A DNA stretch of 64,000 nucleotides from Parasitella parasitica NRRL 2501 (taxonomy: Eukaryota; Fungi; Mucoromycota), in NCBI GenBank assembly GCA_025201805.1, contig MU619283.1, positions 1-64,000 of the forward strand. The letters run 5' to 3'. A program made the position numbers and the translations under genes. A model generated the notes under the pieces. It ran no database searches. It was not told the DNA's origin and saw only the letters and a list, made by a program, of their open reading frames with translations. The first letter of the stretch is position 1; every line of letters starts with the position of its first letter. Below are positions 13,016 through 24,847 of the stretch, one piece after another.

Positions 13016-14057
13016 ACTTTACTTGTTGCCATGCATCAAAAGCAAATGTATTTTAGCATCCATGTTTGACTTTATCATTCAATAAATAAGGATGTTGGCA
13101 TCTTGTCAAAATGTAGCATCATAAACAAGTGTAGTGCTGTCCATATTTTGCAAATTAGGTGTAGATAAAGCACAAAAAGCAAAGGCTGTACGCTGGTCTT
13201 CTTTTGCTGCCCGAAGAGATTTTTGACATTCATGGTGGTGGCTCATGTCAGATAGCGGGCCTAGCATATCATTTAACTTTAAGGACTTTCGCCTAATATT
13301 CTTGGCTCCTCACTGATATTGAGACCATTAACAAACCACTTTATAGAATACGCAAATTATTATGTATCGTTCGTTTTATGAACAGAATCTGTCATATATA
13401 ACTATATAATGTAAAGACTTTTACGTCCGTGCTTTCGTCTTGGGACCCATAGTACCTACAGATATTCATTAGTTGAAGTTTTTGCTCAAGTTTTGTTGGT
13501 TAAATGAATCAAAGCTTCTGACATTGCACCGATTGCTTTTGCCTTGGCTCCGTCATATTACTTTTGGTACTCATTGAGAGTGTCCTCGAAGACTCAATAT
13601 TTATGATTTATGCGTTTGAAAAAAAGACAATGCAAGGAATAGGCGAAAATAAAATCTTGAGGTTATCAAATGTTTGATACGAGAGTTTTCTGGTACAGCG
13701 ACACTTCATGCAGGGTTATGAACAACAACAAAAAAAGAAAAAAAAAAAAAAAGAAAGGGCTGGTATTGGCACTTTGCATGGCGCTCAATAGGGCACATTA
13801 CAAAATCTACTTTTTAGGTTGAAGAACAAGATCAAGAAGATCGCAGAGACCACTACTTGATTATTATCAAATCTATCCTCATCTCACTTAAGTTATCTGT
13901 AGTCTTGATAGTAATAAACTGTAGAATGATATTTGTATATATTATTATGTGGCGAGTACTTCAGTCCAGTTTCTTTGTGATAATAGTGCCATGTGTATGT
14001 AATATGGGTGGTTTGTTGCAATGCAAAATGCGTTTGTTTTTTGTGTGGGAGAAAAGA

Positions 14058-17000
14058 TCAATCTTTTGCATTCGAAATGGCGTTGTTTACTTCTTCAGGG
14101 CCCATATATTGATTTGTCAAAAAATCGAATTCTTCTCTCCCTTGCGTTGCGTGATAGATGTGGTAGGGTACCATCATTTTCGTAGACTTGTCAGCCGATC
14201 CTTCTTCTTCTTTATGACATATATTTACAGATTGCTTTATCAGTTTTTTCAAAAAGACTCGAGTGGCCTATGGCGGGTGCTCTTGTTAGGTAATCAAATA
14301 CCTGAAAAACATCTTTGCAACATTACCTGCGTAAGGATGTTTCCAACAATAAGACGTTGTTTCATGGCAGACTCTAAATCAAAACTGGATGTAGGGCCCT
14401 GCAGGTTCCCATCTTTTCCCAGTAGCATGTCATTGGCAATAACAGTTTTTAGTCGAAGTTGACCTACGACAGACCAAATCCAATCCAAGGATCTTTCGTT
14501 GGCAACATCCATAATATCATCATCTAGAACACGATTTCGAACTCTCTCCAAGATATCCCGTTGACGAGACACCTGTTCTTTTTCGGGCCCTGGACCGTCG
14601 TCCATATCAATATCAACATCCAAATCATCATCTATATACAAGGAAAATTATGAATGTTTGTTTTTCATTTCTGTTACTTCTTCTACGCATTTACTTGAAT
14701 CTATGGTTTTATCCCAGCCTGAATCTAATGTATTTAATAGTTTAGAAACACTTGTTGTGCTATCGATTCCACTTTTTTTTCTGCTACTGTTCCAACCCTT
14801 TGGTCTACGAGGACAACGATCGTCGATTGTCGCCTCATGTCCATCACGCAAGCTCCCGCAAAATTTACAATATCCAGGTGAAAGATCAGGTTCTCGTGCG
14901 TCTTCAATATTAGCGGATTTATGGGGTGTGTATTTGTTAGCTCTGCACCATAAAACTACATCTTTTGTGGAAAGTCCCTCAGCAGCAAGACGCAGGACAT
15001 TGTCATTGGCCTCATAGGCTCTTTTTTGTGCTTCTATTCGCAATAGTTTGGCACGATGCCATTCTAACGCTTTTCGTTTGCCCACTGACCATTCAAAAAA
15101 CATTTTGGAGCTTGCAGCGCAACTGTAAGGAAGCACTGTGCCATGAGAGCCTTGCAAGCAGTATTAGAAATCGCTGTGTTTTTCAAGTCAAACGTAGCTT
15201 ACCTGCTCTCACGATAGGCAATCTCCTCACAGATTCTTTTAAAATACCATTCAAAAGGTCCAATCTCTGTTTCACGGCCATTATTGCCAGTGTTTCGGCC
15301 TCTTTTTGCTGCTGTTGCTGTACTTGTTCTGGTGTCAGTTGAGATGCTGCTATTGCTGTCGATGAATCATTTGTTGTTGACGTACCAACTGTTGGTGTGT
15401 GAGCCGTCAAAGCCGTGGGGGTTCCCGCTGATGATGTTGGTGCTGAGGAAGATGTATCTTTAAAATCCGTATTGCGGTCTAGTTCGATTTCTATACTTCG
15501 CTCTCCCCCAAGCAACTGTTTTCCAGTGTGGTAATGATCTAGCTTCAAGTGATGGATCAAATCAACTGCTTTATTTCGGCGTTTATCCACAAAGAACAAT
15601 TGGATTCTGACAGGAAATTCGCCCCAACCAAAGCGAGTTAATTTGAATGGAGGTTCAGTAACGTCGACTACATCGTTTGGTTTGTAACTGGGATGCAAAT
15701 GGAATCGCGCACATGTGACGAATGCTCCAACTTGTTGCTTGGACTGAGGTGGTTCAACGACATAGATCATCCATTTGTGTGTAAATTGCTTTAATGCAGG
15801 GTCTCGTCGTTCTATAATCAGAATAAGAAACATGCAATATCTGATTGCTGAACTACGCACCTGGAGGTATGAATTTACTAACGTTGCCTACAAGAATCCT
15901 TTTTTTGATATAAAAACGGGATCCTATATCACCAGTGTTGGTATACGACATGGCAGCCGCAAACGATTCAATTTTAGTGATCTCTTCTGCTTTCTCGGGC
16001 TCCTCACTTTTGATGTGTGGTAGTTCTTCCTTTTCTTTTGTTGATGATAGCTGCGTAGTTGTTTCAACTGTTTCTAAAGGTAACTTGATTTTATCTGCGT
16101 TTTGACGAGCTTCGACTTCTTCAGATGGCTTTTCGGCCGCCCGTTCATCTACCACTTTAGCAGTATTTGATGGTGGTGGTGGCGTATCTAAAGATGCTGG
16201 TAGAGTCTCTTCGATTGAGTTTCTGCTATTTTCATTTTCTTTGGAAGCCCCCAAAGACGCTCTCCTTTCGTTTTCCAATTCCATATCAACATCCTCCTCG
16301 AATACTTTGATAGAAGGCTAAAAGCATTTTTAGCTGAATCTTCTGATAGGATGAACTTCTGACACTTACTCTTTCTAACTTTTTTTGAGATTGCTTTGAT
16401 GACGAAGGCGTTAGATTCATCACTTGTCTTAGTCGAGCAGGATTATCCAGCGGCACCTCAGATTCATCGACAGGAGTTCCACATTGTAGCATGACTTGCT
16501 CGTAAGGTCCAAATTCTAAATTATGCGAAATGCGACAGTGATTCAAAAATCCTTGCAAGTTTAATAAATCATCTCTGTGGCATACTGGACATGCCAAGCT
16601 ACAAAATCAATTAGTATAGTCCGTAATACGAGTGCTATCAGATATTACCTCACAAACACGCCATCATTTCTTCTGCCAAACAATTTACTCTTTTCGGCAG
16701 TACGGTACGTCTTGCGTCTAGGTACAATTTGACCGTTTGATTGATACGGGAATAGTGCTTGTGATCCGCCATTATAATACATGGCAGAACGTCGGGTATA
16801 GTGTGTTGCTTCAGGCATTGATGCAGCCATAGATTCTACCGGTGCGAGTAATATTAGTGATTACTAGCAATATGTTGATTCACTGCGAATTTACCATTTT
16901 CAACAGCTAGTTTAAGGTCTTGAAGAACGCCTTCTGCTTTTGCAATTTCATTTCTAATTGTCGCAACTTCTCTTTGTTTTAGGTATATTTCTAAATCGAA

Positions 17001-17118
17001 TTGGTGGTCTATAATATCTACAATTTTCTTTCTTGTTGCATCATCTAGTAGAACGTTTAATTTACGAGTGTCATGTCAATAAAAGAGGTTTATTTTTACC
17101 TTTTGGTATTGCTTCCAT
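14058..17118 (-). CDS. YEATS-domain protein, YEATS2-like (multi-exon)
   Basis: YEATS motifs THKWMIYV..FHLHPSYKPNDVVDVTEPPFKLTRFGWGEFP. C2H2-like CPVC..GFLNHCRISH. N-terminal exons MEAIPK..IIDHQFDLEIYLK. C-terminal MVPYHIY..FDFLTN. Confidence 0.85.
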
Positions 17119-17458
17119 TTGCTTTTTTTTCCTGGGCCTACTTGCCGTAGCTCCGTAGCTTTTGATATATAGATATGCGTAGGTAAATAATCAACAGATG
17201 ATCAAGATAGCCCAAGGTTTTTGTAGGTTGTTCAAGAGTATAAAAAAAGTTTTTATTATAACACTTATATTTATTCTATAAAAAAGTCCGGTCCAATGAT
17301 CACTGTAACATATACACTTTTCATATAGTTGAAAGAATCGTTTGCTGACAAATTAAAAAGTATAAAGACAAAGTTAATAATGTAATTCATCTAGTGTAGA
17401 AATAGTTCAACTTTCATTTTGTTAAAAGGCGAGAAAAAAAAAACTTTTTAAGATAATC

Positions 17459-19179
17459 TTATTGTTCGGATTCCCAGAATGAAGCAGAAAAACTATCCGC
17501 TGATTTGAACAAACGCAGCTGCTCTCTCACATCTTCCAGCATTTCCTGTGCCATCAAGTACATTTCTGTCCCCTCTTTGTTATACATAAGCGAATTGGTA
17601 AGCATCAGCACGATGTCTCTCTCAAATTCTGTTGTAGTTTTAACAATCTATAAATACTGTTAGCATGAGATGCGTGCTCTGTCAGTAGTACATTACCCCG
17701 TCTCTCACTCTGTTCTTGATCGTTTTGAGATACAGCGGCTGTTTGACCACTTTATCGTACATGGGGGCATATGATTTCTTGATTGGATTCATGAACATGG
17801 TGCCGTTTTTATGATTTGCAATTTCTTGCCATAGGAGATTGATATTTTTCTGCCACGCTTTTTGTCTTTGTTCGCTATTGCGCTTAGATGTGGGTGTATT
17901 GGTGTCACTGCCTGTAAGGTCTTCGTCTTCAAGTGCTTGGATATTTATTTTAGATATAGGCGATACTAGAAACCTTAGACTTTAATGCAACAATCATATA
18001 TATGTATATATGTATAAAACACTTACTAGGGTGGGTTTGATGTTGTTGTGAAGATGAGGCTGTTTCTTCAGGTATAATAATTTTAGGTAGTTGCATATTT
18101 TGTCCTTCTTTCTCATCTCGAATGTTGTTGTTTCTTGTTGTTTGCATGAATTTTTCCTCTAGAAGTATTACTGTTGTATCTAATTCTGTAGCATTATCTT
18201 CAAAAGGCTGATTGGCAGTTGGAGTATTATTTTTTTTAAATCCGAGCTCAATATGTGAACTGGTATCGATAAGATTCTTCTGAAATGGCACATCCGTAAC
18301 TTTTTCTGCGGTAAAGCCCCTGCCTGTCTCATCAACAAGTGCATCCGAGATAGCTATTGACACAACTTGATCTTCCTCGTTCGCTTCGTTTAATCGAATT
18401 CGTTTAAGTGGATACGGCTCCGGCGTAGTGGCGTCACTGCTAGTACGCTTCATTCGGCTTTCGTCCAATATCAATGTGGAGTTGGCGTAATCGTCTTGAA
18501 CCAGGCCTTGCATTGCTGGTAGCAATGAATTATCCGTCATGTCACTTGTACCTGAATTGTACTTTGTATCTTCGATAATTGGCTCTGTTTCTAGTTGCCT
18601 AGTAACAACACTGTCGTAGCTTTTGTCCAAATCTGTTGCCATGGAATCTGAATCTTTGACAGCTGATGATTGATCTGTCTTCAGTTTATGATCCCATTCT
18701 CCCGCTTTGATGGAGTGTATTTCAATCGCAAGTTGATCAAATTCTTTCTGGTCTTGTGCAAGGCGATCTTTAATCTCATCTATTCTTTGCAAATATAAAT
18801 GTCTTGCTAATCGGACAACAACTGGCATATCGTTCGTGATATCATGTCGAAGCGCTTGCCTATCTACTCGTTTAATTTGTTGATGTTTTTAAAGTGGATA
18901 ATGTAACTTACGACTCTGCATGCAGATTTTCGACAAGCAAATAATATTGATAAGAACAATTCTGTAATTCCTTGGAGTCAATAGAAGCAATTCAAAGACC
19001 ATCCTTTTACTTGCCTTTTGACTATAAAAATCAGGGGATCGTTCAATATTCTGTAATTGTACAAGCTCGTGTTGTTTTATTACACGAGCAACCTGAAACC
19101 ACATATTTTCACCATACTTGTAAACTGCTTGAGTTAAAAGCAATTTTTCGAGTATTGTCCATTCGTTATGTGGTGACAT
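17459..19179 (-). CDS. BRD8-like bromodomain protein (NuA4-associated); includes a GC-AG intron at 18962-19014
   Basis: N-terminal WTILEKLLLTQAVYKYG SANT-like region. C-terminal bromodomain IANHKNGTMFMNPI..APMYDKVVKQPLYLKTIK..FERDIVLMLTNSLMYN. Confidence 0.85.
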
Positions 19180-19344
19180 GCTCTGCGACAAATTATGATT
19201 TGGAAAAGGGCAAAGCGAAAAAGAAGCGTCAAGATGGCAGCGCGCGTATCTTTTTAGTTTTGCAACAAACATTTGCTGTGTGACATCATGGAAACTCTTG
19301 TGGAAATTACACTTTATTAGTATCGTATATCACATTTTATGTTT

Positions 19345-20184
19345 TTATTTTTGTTGGTCTAGGTCTTGATCTTGGTCTTGGTCTTCAATGGACATGGGCT
19401 GAGTAGGATCATTCGATACAGACTTCCATAATCCTTCTAAATCATAACGCTCCCTCATTTCAGGTGTAAATAGGTGCACAATGATACGGCCTAGATCAAT
19501 CAAAAGCCAACCAGATTTGTCGTTTCTTCCTTCAATGTGAGGTACCGGTTGATCCTTTAGCTGATTAGGGCTTGAGCAAATCGCCTTTTTAACAGCACTG
19601 CCAACATTTTCTGCTACACTGCCAAGGAATTTATCTCCCTTGGCGCTTGATGCAACAATCATATATTCAGCCCAATCACATTTTTCTCGAACATCGATAA
19701 TTTTGACATTGTCCAATTTACTCTCCTCCAACAAACTACAGATTGTCTCTACTGTCACCTTTCCAGACGCCATTAATTCTTTAGATGCTTTCTGCAATGC
19801 CATTCTATCTTCAAAGTGATCGCCTAATGCTTGGCGTTGCCACATGGGTATAAAATCTTTGTCTGACAATTGCTTTTCTTCGGCATACTCGGGATCGACA
19901 AACCAATCGGTATCAACTTGCTCGTCTTTTGCAACAATTTCATCTTTGTCGATAGTCTCGGGATACAGTTCAGGGAAATCCTTGGGGTCAATCTCCTCTA
20001 CATCGTCATCTTGTGCTTTCTTATCTTTTCCAACAAAAAATGTTGATGAGAAATGTTGACGTTGATGTCCTTTGAGAGCATTAAAAACAGGAGCTGCATA
20101 GATACGGCTAGTGAAAGCAATTGATTTACAGAAAACAGGTCTTTTCAAGCTTTGTATTGCAAGATTTTTAGTTGAACGAAACAT
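19345..20184 (-). CDS. mitochondrial RsfS/Iojap/MALSU1-family ribosome silencing/assembly factor
   Basis: Presequence MFRSTKN. RsfS motifs IDVREKCDWAEYMIVAS..EGR..WLLIDLGRIIVHLFTPEMRERYDLEGLW. Confidence 0.88.
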   Translation of the reverse strand: MFRSTKNLAIQSLKRPVFCKSIAFTSRIYAAPVFNALKGHQRQHFSSTFFVGKDKKAQDDDVEEIDPKDFPELYPETIDKDEIVAKDEQVDTDWFVDPEYAEEKQLSDKDFIPMWQRQALGDHFEDRMALQKASKELMASGKVTVETICSLLEESKLDNVKIIDVREKCDWAEYMIVASSAKGDKFLGSVAENVGSAVKKAICSSPNQLKDQPVPHIEGRNDKSGWLLIDLGRIIVHLFTPEMRERYDLEGLWKSVSNDPTQPMSIEDQDQDQDLDQQK

Positions 20185-20887
20185 GGTTATGTCAAAAGAG
20201 GGTAGGGTCCCATCAATGCAGAAATGGCTTATAAATTGTGACTCCCAAGCGAAGGCGCTCATTTTCGGACAAGGTTCATCGGCAGTAAAAAAAAAGCCTG
20301 AAAATCCATGCGATTAAATTATGCCGTACGCAGCAAATGTCTTTGAAAAACTTGTGGATCATTTTAATTGCATGCTTTAGCACAAAGAAACTAATCTAAA
20401 TGTCGATCTGTTTGGAAACAAAATTTTCAAAAGGGGTCTATTTGCAAGCATATTAACAGATAATACAAGTAAAGAAAACAACAGTTAATATAAAGCTGTG
20501 TATAAACGCTATTAGAGCCTTAAACATGGTTCATTTTTTGCCAAAACTTTGATTTCTTTTATACATTTTTCCGATCGCTTGATTTCATCTGTGTCCTGAA
20601 TATCTATAATGTACTTCATCTACTATCCTCTAGTCTATAAAAAGAATATTTACGGCCATTGGCGTTTCAAAAGGAGGGAATTCCAGCCGAAAAAAGGGTA
20701 TTTTATATATAAATCTTGTTACACAACAAACAAATCATCACAAAGCTACTACACCTGTCCGCAGGGTGTAAGTGATTTATCTTTTTTTATTGGAATGTAT
20801 GAGGATAGGAGAAGAAAGTCTATAAATGAATTTATATTGTACTAGATGGAATGAATTTACAATTTGATACAGTTCCTGAATGACAGC

Positions 20888-21403
20888 TTAGCAGGAGGAT
20901 TCCAATGGTAAAAATAGATTTCCAAGTGGATGGTTGACATGGATACGGTCAGGAACGTACACATGTGTAGGGTATGACTCAGTTGAGGTATAAGGGCTGC
21001 GACTAACATAGCGATTGAGTTGATTATCGACTGCGAATTCATGAGGTGCATCATCTGTGGATGTAACTTGACTTTCTTCGTCATCATCATCCTCATCATC
21101 ATCATCGCAGTATCTGATTGTCGAATTTGCTAACACAGACATGATGTTGTCCACGCCCTTATCTGAGCGGCATTCATCGGATGCCACATGAGGTTGCTCT
21201 TGGGGCTTTTCGATGGATTTGAGCCAACTTTCAATGGAATCAAGATCCATGTCACCGTCATTTCGAATTATAGTAGCGGCAGCAAACCCAATCATACAAC
21301 GAGCGGTGGGGTCATTGTCAATGGTATGCTTGTATCTGTCAACAATCAAGTTGAATTTCTCGACAAAAGTGCAACTGTCAGTTTGTGGAAGAATAAAAGG
21401 CAT
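20888..21403 (-). CDS. hypothetical protein with acidic tract
   Basis: Single ORF from MPFILPQ with a D/E run; no recognised domain. Confidence 0.6.
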   Translation of the reverse strand: MPFILPQTDSCTFVEKFNLIVDRYKHTIDNDPTARCMIGFAAATIIRNDGDMDLDSIESWLKSIEKPQEQPHVASDECRSDKGVDNIMSVLANSTIRYCDDDDEDDDDEESQVTSTDDAPHEFAVDNQLNRYVSRSPYTSTESYPTHVYVPDRIHVNHPLGNLFLPLESSC

Positions 21404-21598
21404 GAGATAGGTTTGGGGAAAGAAAAGCAAAGAAATCCTTGCGCCAATTCAGCTTGGTTTTTATATCATGAAATTATAGGATGTTACAAAAAAGGAATTT
21501 TCTTAGATATCCAATCAAAAAATATATGCAATCAGTCCTAGTTGAAAGAGAATATTGTAATTTATAAATGAAAGAGGGAAAAAGGAGGGCAATACAGT

Positions 21599-23351
21599 TT
21601 AAAAGTGTTCCTCCTCTTCATCTTCATAGTAATAGTCAAATCTATGAGCAGGCTTCTTGTGGGGTTTCTGCCCTCCAAAGTCAAAGTCTTTGTCATGTTC
21701 ATCAAGGTCGCCATCTTTTTCTTCCCATCCGTTCTTGTCTTCGTCGTCCTCGTACTCTTCTTTGTCGTCTTTATCGTCCCCGCCCTTGCCACCTTTTTTG
21801 CCACTGTCCCATTGATGAATCCAGTGTTTAACCTTGTGTCTATGCCAAGGTTCTCTACCACCCGCAATAATCTCGGTTGTCGTAGCTATTGAACACTCGG
21901 ATGTAGTATCTGTATCGGCAGTTGTCGCTTGATCTTAAACCAGCGTTAGTTTTAAATGATGCAAACAAAAAGGCAGTATATCGGCAAAACTCTACCTGCG
22001 GCTGTTGTTTCTTCTGTCACGTCTTGACGACGCACGAGCCTCTTTTTGGCTTCAGACTTGACACTTGGGGCACAACCTTTGAATTCCTGACATTTATCGT
22101 TTCCAGAAAACAGGTAATCTTTTATCTGTATGCCGCTACCATTAGATTCGTAGCTGTTAGCAATGATTTGACCACTGAACGAACCAGCGAATGTGTCGAT
22201 AATGTGAGCTGTAGTTTTGAGAGCCAGTTTTAAAATTCTAATTAAAATGCATAGTCATGAGGTGCTTACCTTGGGGCGCTAGAACCATGCCTGATAAAGA
22301 TTCATGGGAGCTACGTTTCAATGTAAACTTTCCGTTTGGAACGTACACCCCTTGGTGGTTGACTGCATAGAAATTGTACAGGGTATTACAGGCATTTAAA
22401 CCAGCACTGGGGTTCCTAGTTTTGATATCGAGTGTTTCCCCGTCCATAACAGGTATCTAGTATTGGATTCAGTACAACGAATTTCATTTTCAAATCATTT
22501 GCATGCATTTACGTTAAAAACAACCATCTTGTCATCGGGGAATACTTGACCCACAGGGCCAGTCCAAGTGCCATTGCCGAGCAACATTGCATGGACATCA
22601 GATAAAGCTGCTGTTGGTACCTCACACACATGATCGCTTGCGCAGCTGAAATAGCTTTTGGCCTCGCAAGTAGCATGATTACAGACAACAGGCATACTAA
22701 ACAGGTTAAATGGCTGTTTAATATCAAGCCCTTCGGCAACGATATTTATGATAACGCCCATTTTGTTGATATTCCAATTGGGAAGCATGCTAGCAATATG
22801 TTGAGACATGCCCATTGCGTTCATACGGGTTTTGCCAAAATCAAATTCGGTGGCAGTTTCTTTAACAGAACACTCTTTGAGAGTTGTCACAATGTTGTCT
22901 TTCCTTGGCACATTAGCAAACCCGTTGACTCGAATAGTAGAGTTATGACTATCTCCCTTGAGAATAAGGCCATGGTGTCCGAAAACAGAATCTGTTTCTT
23001 CTGCACAAGTTGCTTGGTTCCTTTGGTTAATAACTGCATTGTCTCCCATAAAGGATCCTCCAATGGCCAACGGTCCCTGAGAGCCGCCATTTTTGCCAGA
23101 TTGGAAATCGCCAAAAAAGACACCATTGAATTTGGTCAACTAAATGGTTATTATTACGCAAATAAATGTCATTATAAGATAACACAGAGTAGGGTTCTAT
23201 TACTTACCATCTGCCCTTCTGTTGACAGAGAAGTCAATAAACTACACACATCCTCAACTGTTGCCTCGGCCGATTGGTTTGTAGGAGCAGCATTTGCGCT
23301 CAAAGCGCACGCTGACAAAAGCAGCGACAAATTCATAAATCTATTCTTCAT
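21599..23351 (-). CDS. secreted choice-of-anchor-A / ice-binding-like domain protein with acidic His-rich C-tail (about 5 exons)
   Basis: Signal peptide MKNRFMNLSLLLSACALSANA. Motifs FNGVFFGDF..GGSQGPLAIGG, VVFN, LYNF, GMVLAPQ, FSGQIIANS. Spliced tail GKGGDDKDDKEEYED..EEEHF*. Confidence 0.75.
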
Positions 23352-24182
23352 TATTGCGCCCAAGGATTGCTACGAGAAGGATAAAAAAGAAGTGAAGAAT
23401 GTTTGAAGCACTTTAACTTTATACGCTACACATATCATTTTTTGAAATTTTGTTTATTCGAATTATACAAAAATGTCATATGTTTTTAGCATTCCAGGCT
23501 CGTTTCACAATAATGTTCCTGACACCGTATAATTAATGCTTTGGATATTTTCTCTGGATTACATGTAGCTATTATATCACCACACGATTAATTCAAATGT
23601 AAAAACCCATGACACAAATTTGGATCATATCAGCCAGGTATACATAAAACGATGGTGCAAATAGCAATGTCCTTTCAATACATACTACATAACATGACAT
23701 CAGAATTTCTATACATTGTTCACAAGTTATGTTTACACAACATTAGTTATTTCAAGTATAGCGCATTTTAATCGTTTGTACTTTGATCCACGAGAGATCT
23801 TTTTAAATTTGCTGTTGAGGTGTACTCAATGATCGAGCATTGTTTAAATGTTATAAATTACAGGCACTTTGAGCTCAGAAGGCTTAAAGTCAGCACATTT
23901 TGATTAATTTTGAAAATATATGCTAAATGCCCAGAGTCTCCAAACCCTATTTCAAAGCCTTAGAACAATAGTTGATGCCCTAATTTGTGGATTTATTAAT
24001 CTTTCTTCGATTGTCAATGTCACTTTGAAGAGTCATTACGCAGGAAAAAGGAACTACATCAAAAAGCTGCAAATGATGGAATCTCTAGATCATGCGAATA
24101 ATAGTAGTACGCAATTAGTAGATTGAGATATTAACAATCAAGGTGTAAAAGATGTATCTTCTAAGGCTCTGCTGACAGTTGA

Positions 24183-24430
24183 TTGAAACCCCTGGTGTGT
24201 ATTAACTGTTGTAGGGCAGCTCAAAAATGTTTGAAGACATTCCATATATCTACTTCATGTAGACAACCAACTATCCGATGTTTGGTACAAGTTCTTGGCA
24301 AGACACACATTTGCCATTCTCTGTTTTTTATAAGATTCTTGAAGAGAGCAGCTCTGCTGGAGCACTGTTATGGACCATACAATACTATATATTTCTCGCG
24401 TGTGTTTGGACTCTAATATTGCTTCCATTT
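24183..24430 (+). mobile_element. possible highly decayed non-LTR (LINE) 3' zinc-binding relic
   Basis: Frameshifted pieces CINCC..EDIPYIYF/C..DVWYKFL..LLWTI resemble the zf-RVT CxxC..E..H..C..W pattern. Confidence 0.3.
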
Positions 24431-24650
24431 TAATTCTACTTTTAAAGTTGTTGAATTGGCATCCAATATTCAAGTTCTCCGTTTCGCTAAAATTAACCCG
24501 TTCATATTGTTACAAAAGTTTGCAAATTCAGAAGCCCATCAACACTTTTTGCCTCCACAAAACACTTCGGCTGGATACTGCGTCCCCACCCTCTCCTAAT
24601 CTCTGTCAAAGTTAGCTGTATATATTAAGCTGTTGGATTTTCTATCTAAT

Positions 24651-24748
24651 GGCGCGCAGACACGGAGTGAGAAAGAGTCGCCACTACACCGGGCGCGCTG
24701 ACACGGAGTGAGAAAGAATCGCCACTGAACCGGGCGCGCAACCTCGGA
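24651..24748 (+). promoter_or_regulatory. 41-bp tandem repeat (x2 plus partial) giving three GGCGCGC-N5-CGGA motifs
   Basis: GGCGCGC at 24651, 24692 and 24733, each followed after 5 nt by CGGA. About 100 bp upstream of ATG 24848, with a TATAAA-like box near 24786. Confidence 0.7.
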
Positions 24749-24847
24749 AAAAGAACATATTGGCATGAATAAATCAAAAAAAGTATATAAACTAGAATGA
24801 GGTACGTCAATTATCTCAAGATAAAAATCTTATTATTCACTAAAAAA

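Noticed and set aside
13857-14462. 201-aa plus-strand ORF and similar antisense ORFs (22630-23406, 25259-25882, 21605-21892)
   Set aside because: These are shadows of real genes on the opposite strand, with non-ATG starts or low-complexity mirror composition.
24651-24739. CRISPR-like array or Mucor centromeric 41-bp motif
   Set aside because: Only two tandem units with no unique spacers and no cas genes, in a eukaryotic context. The unit is GC-rich and promoter-proximal, so the matching length is treated as coincidence.
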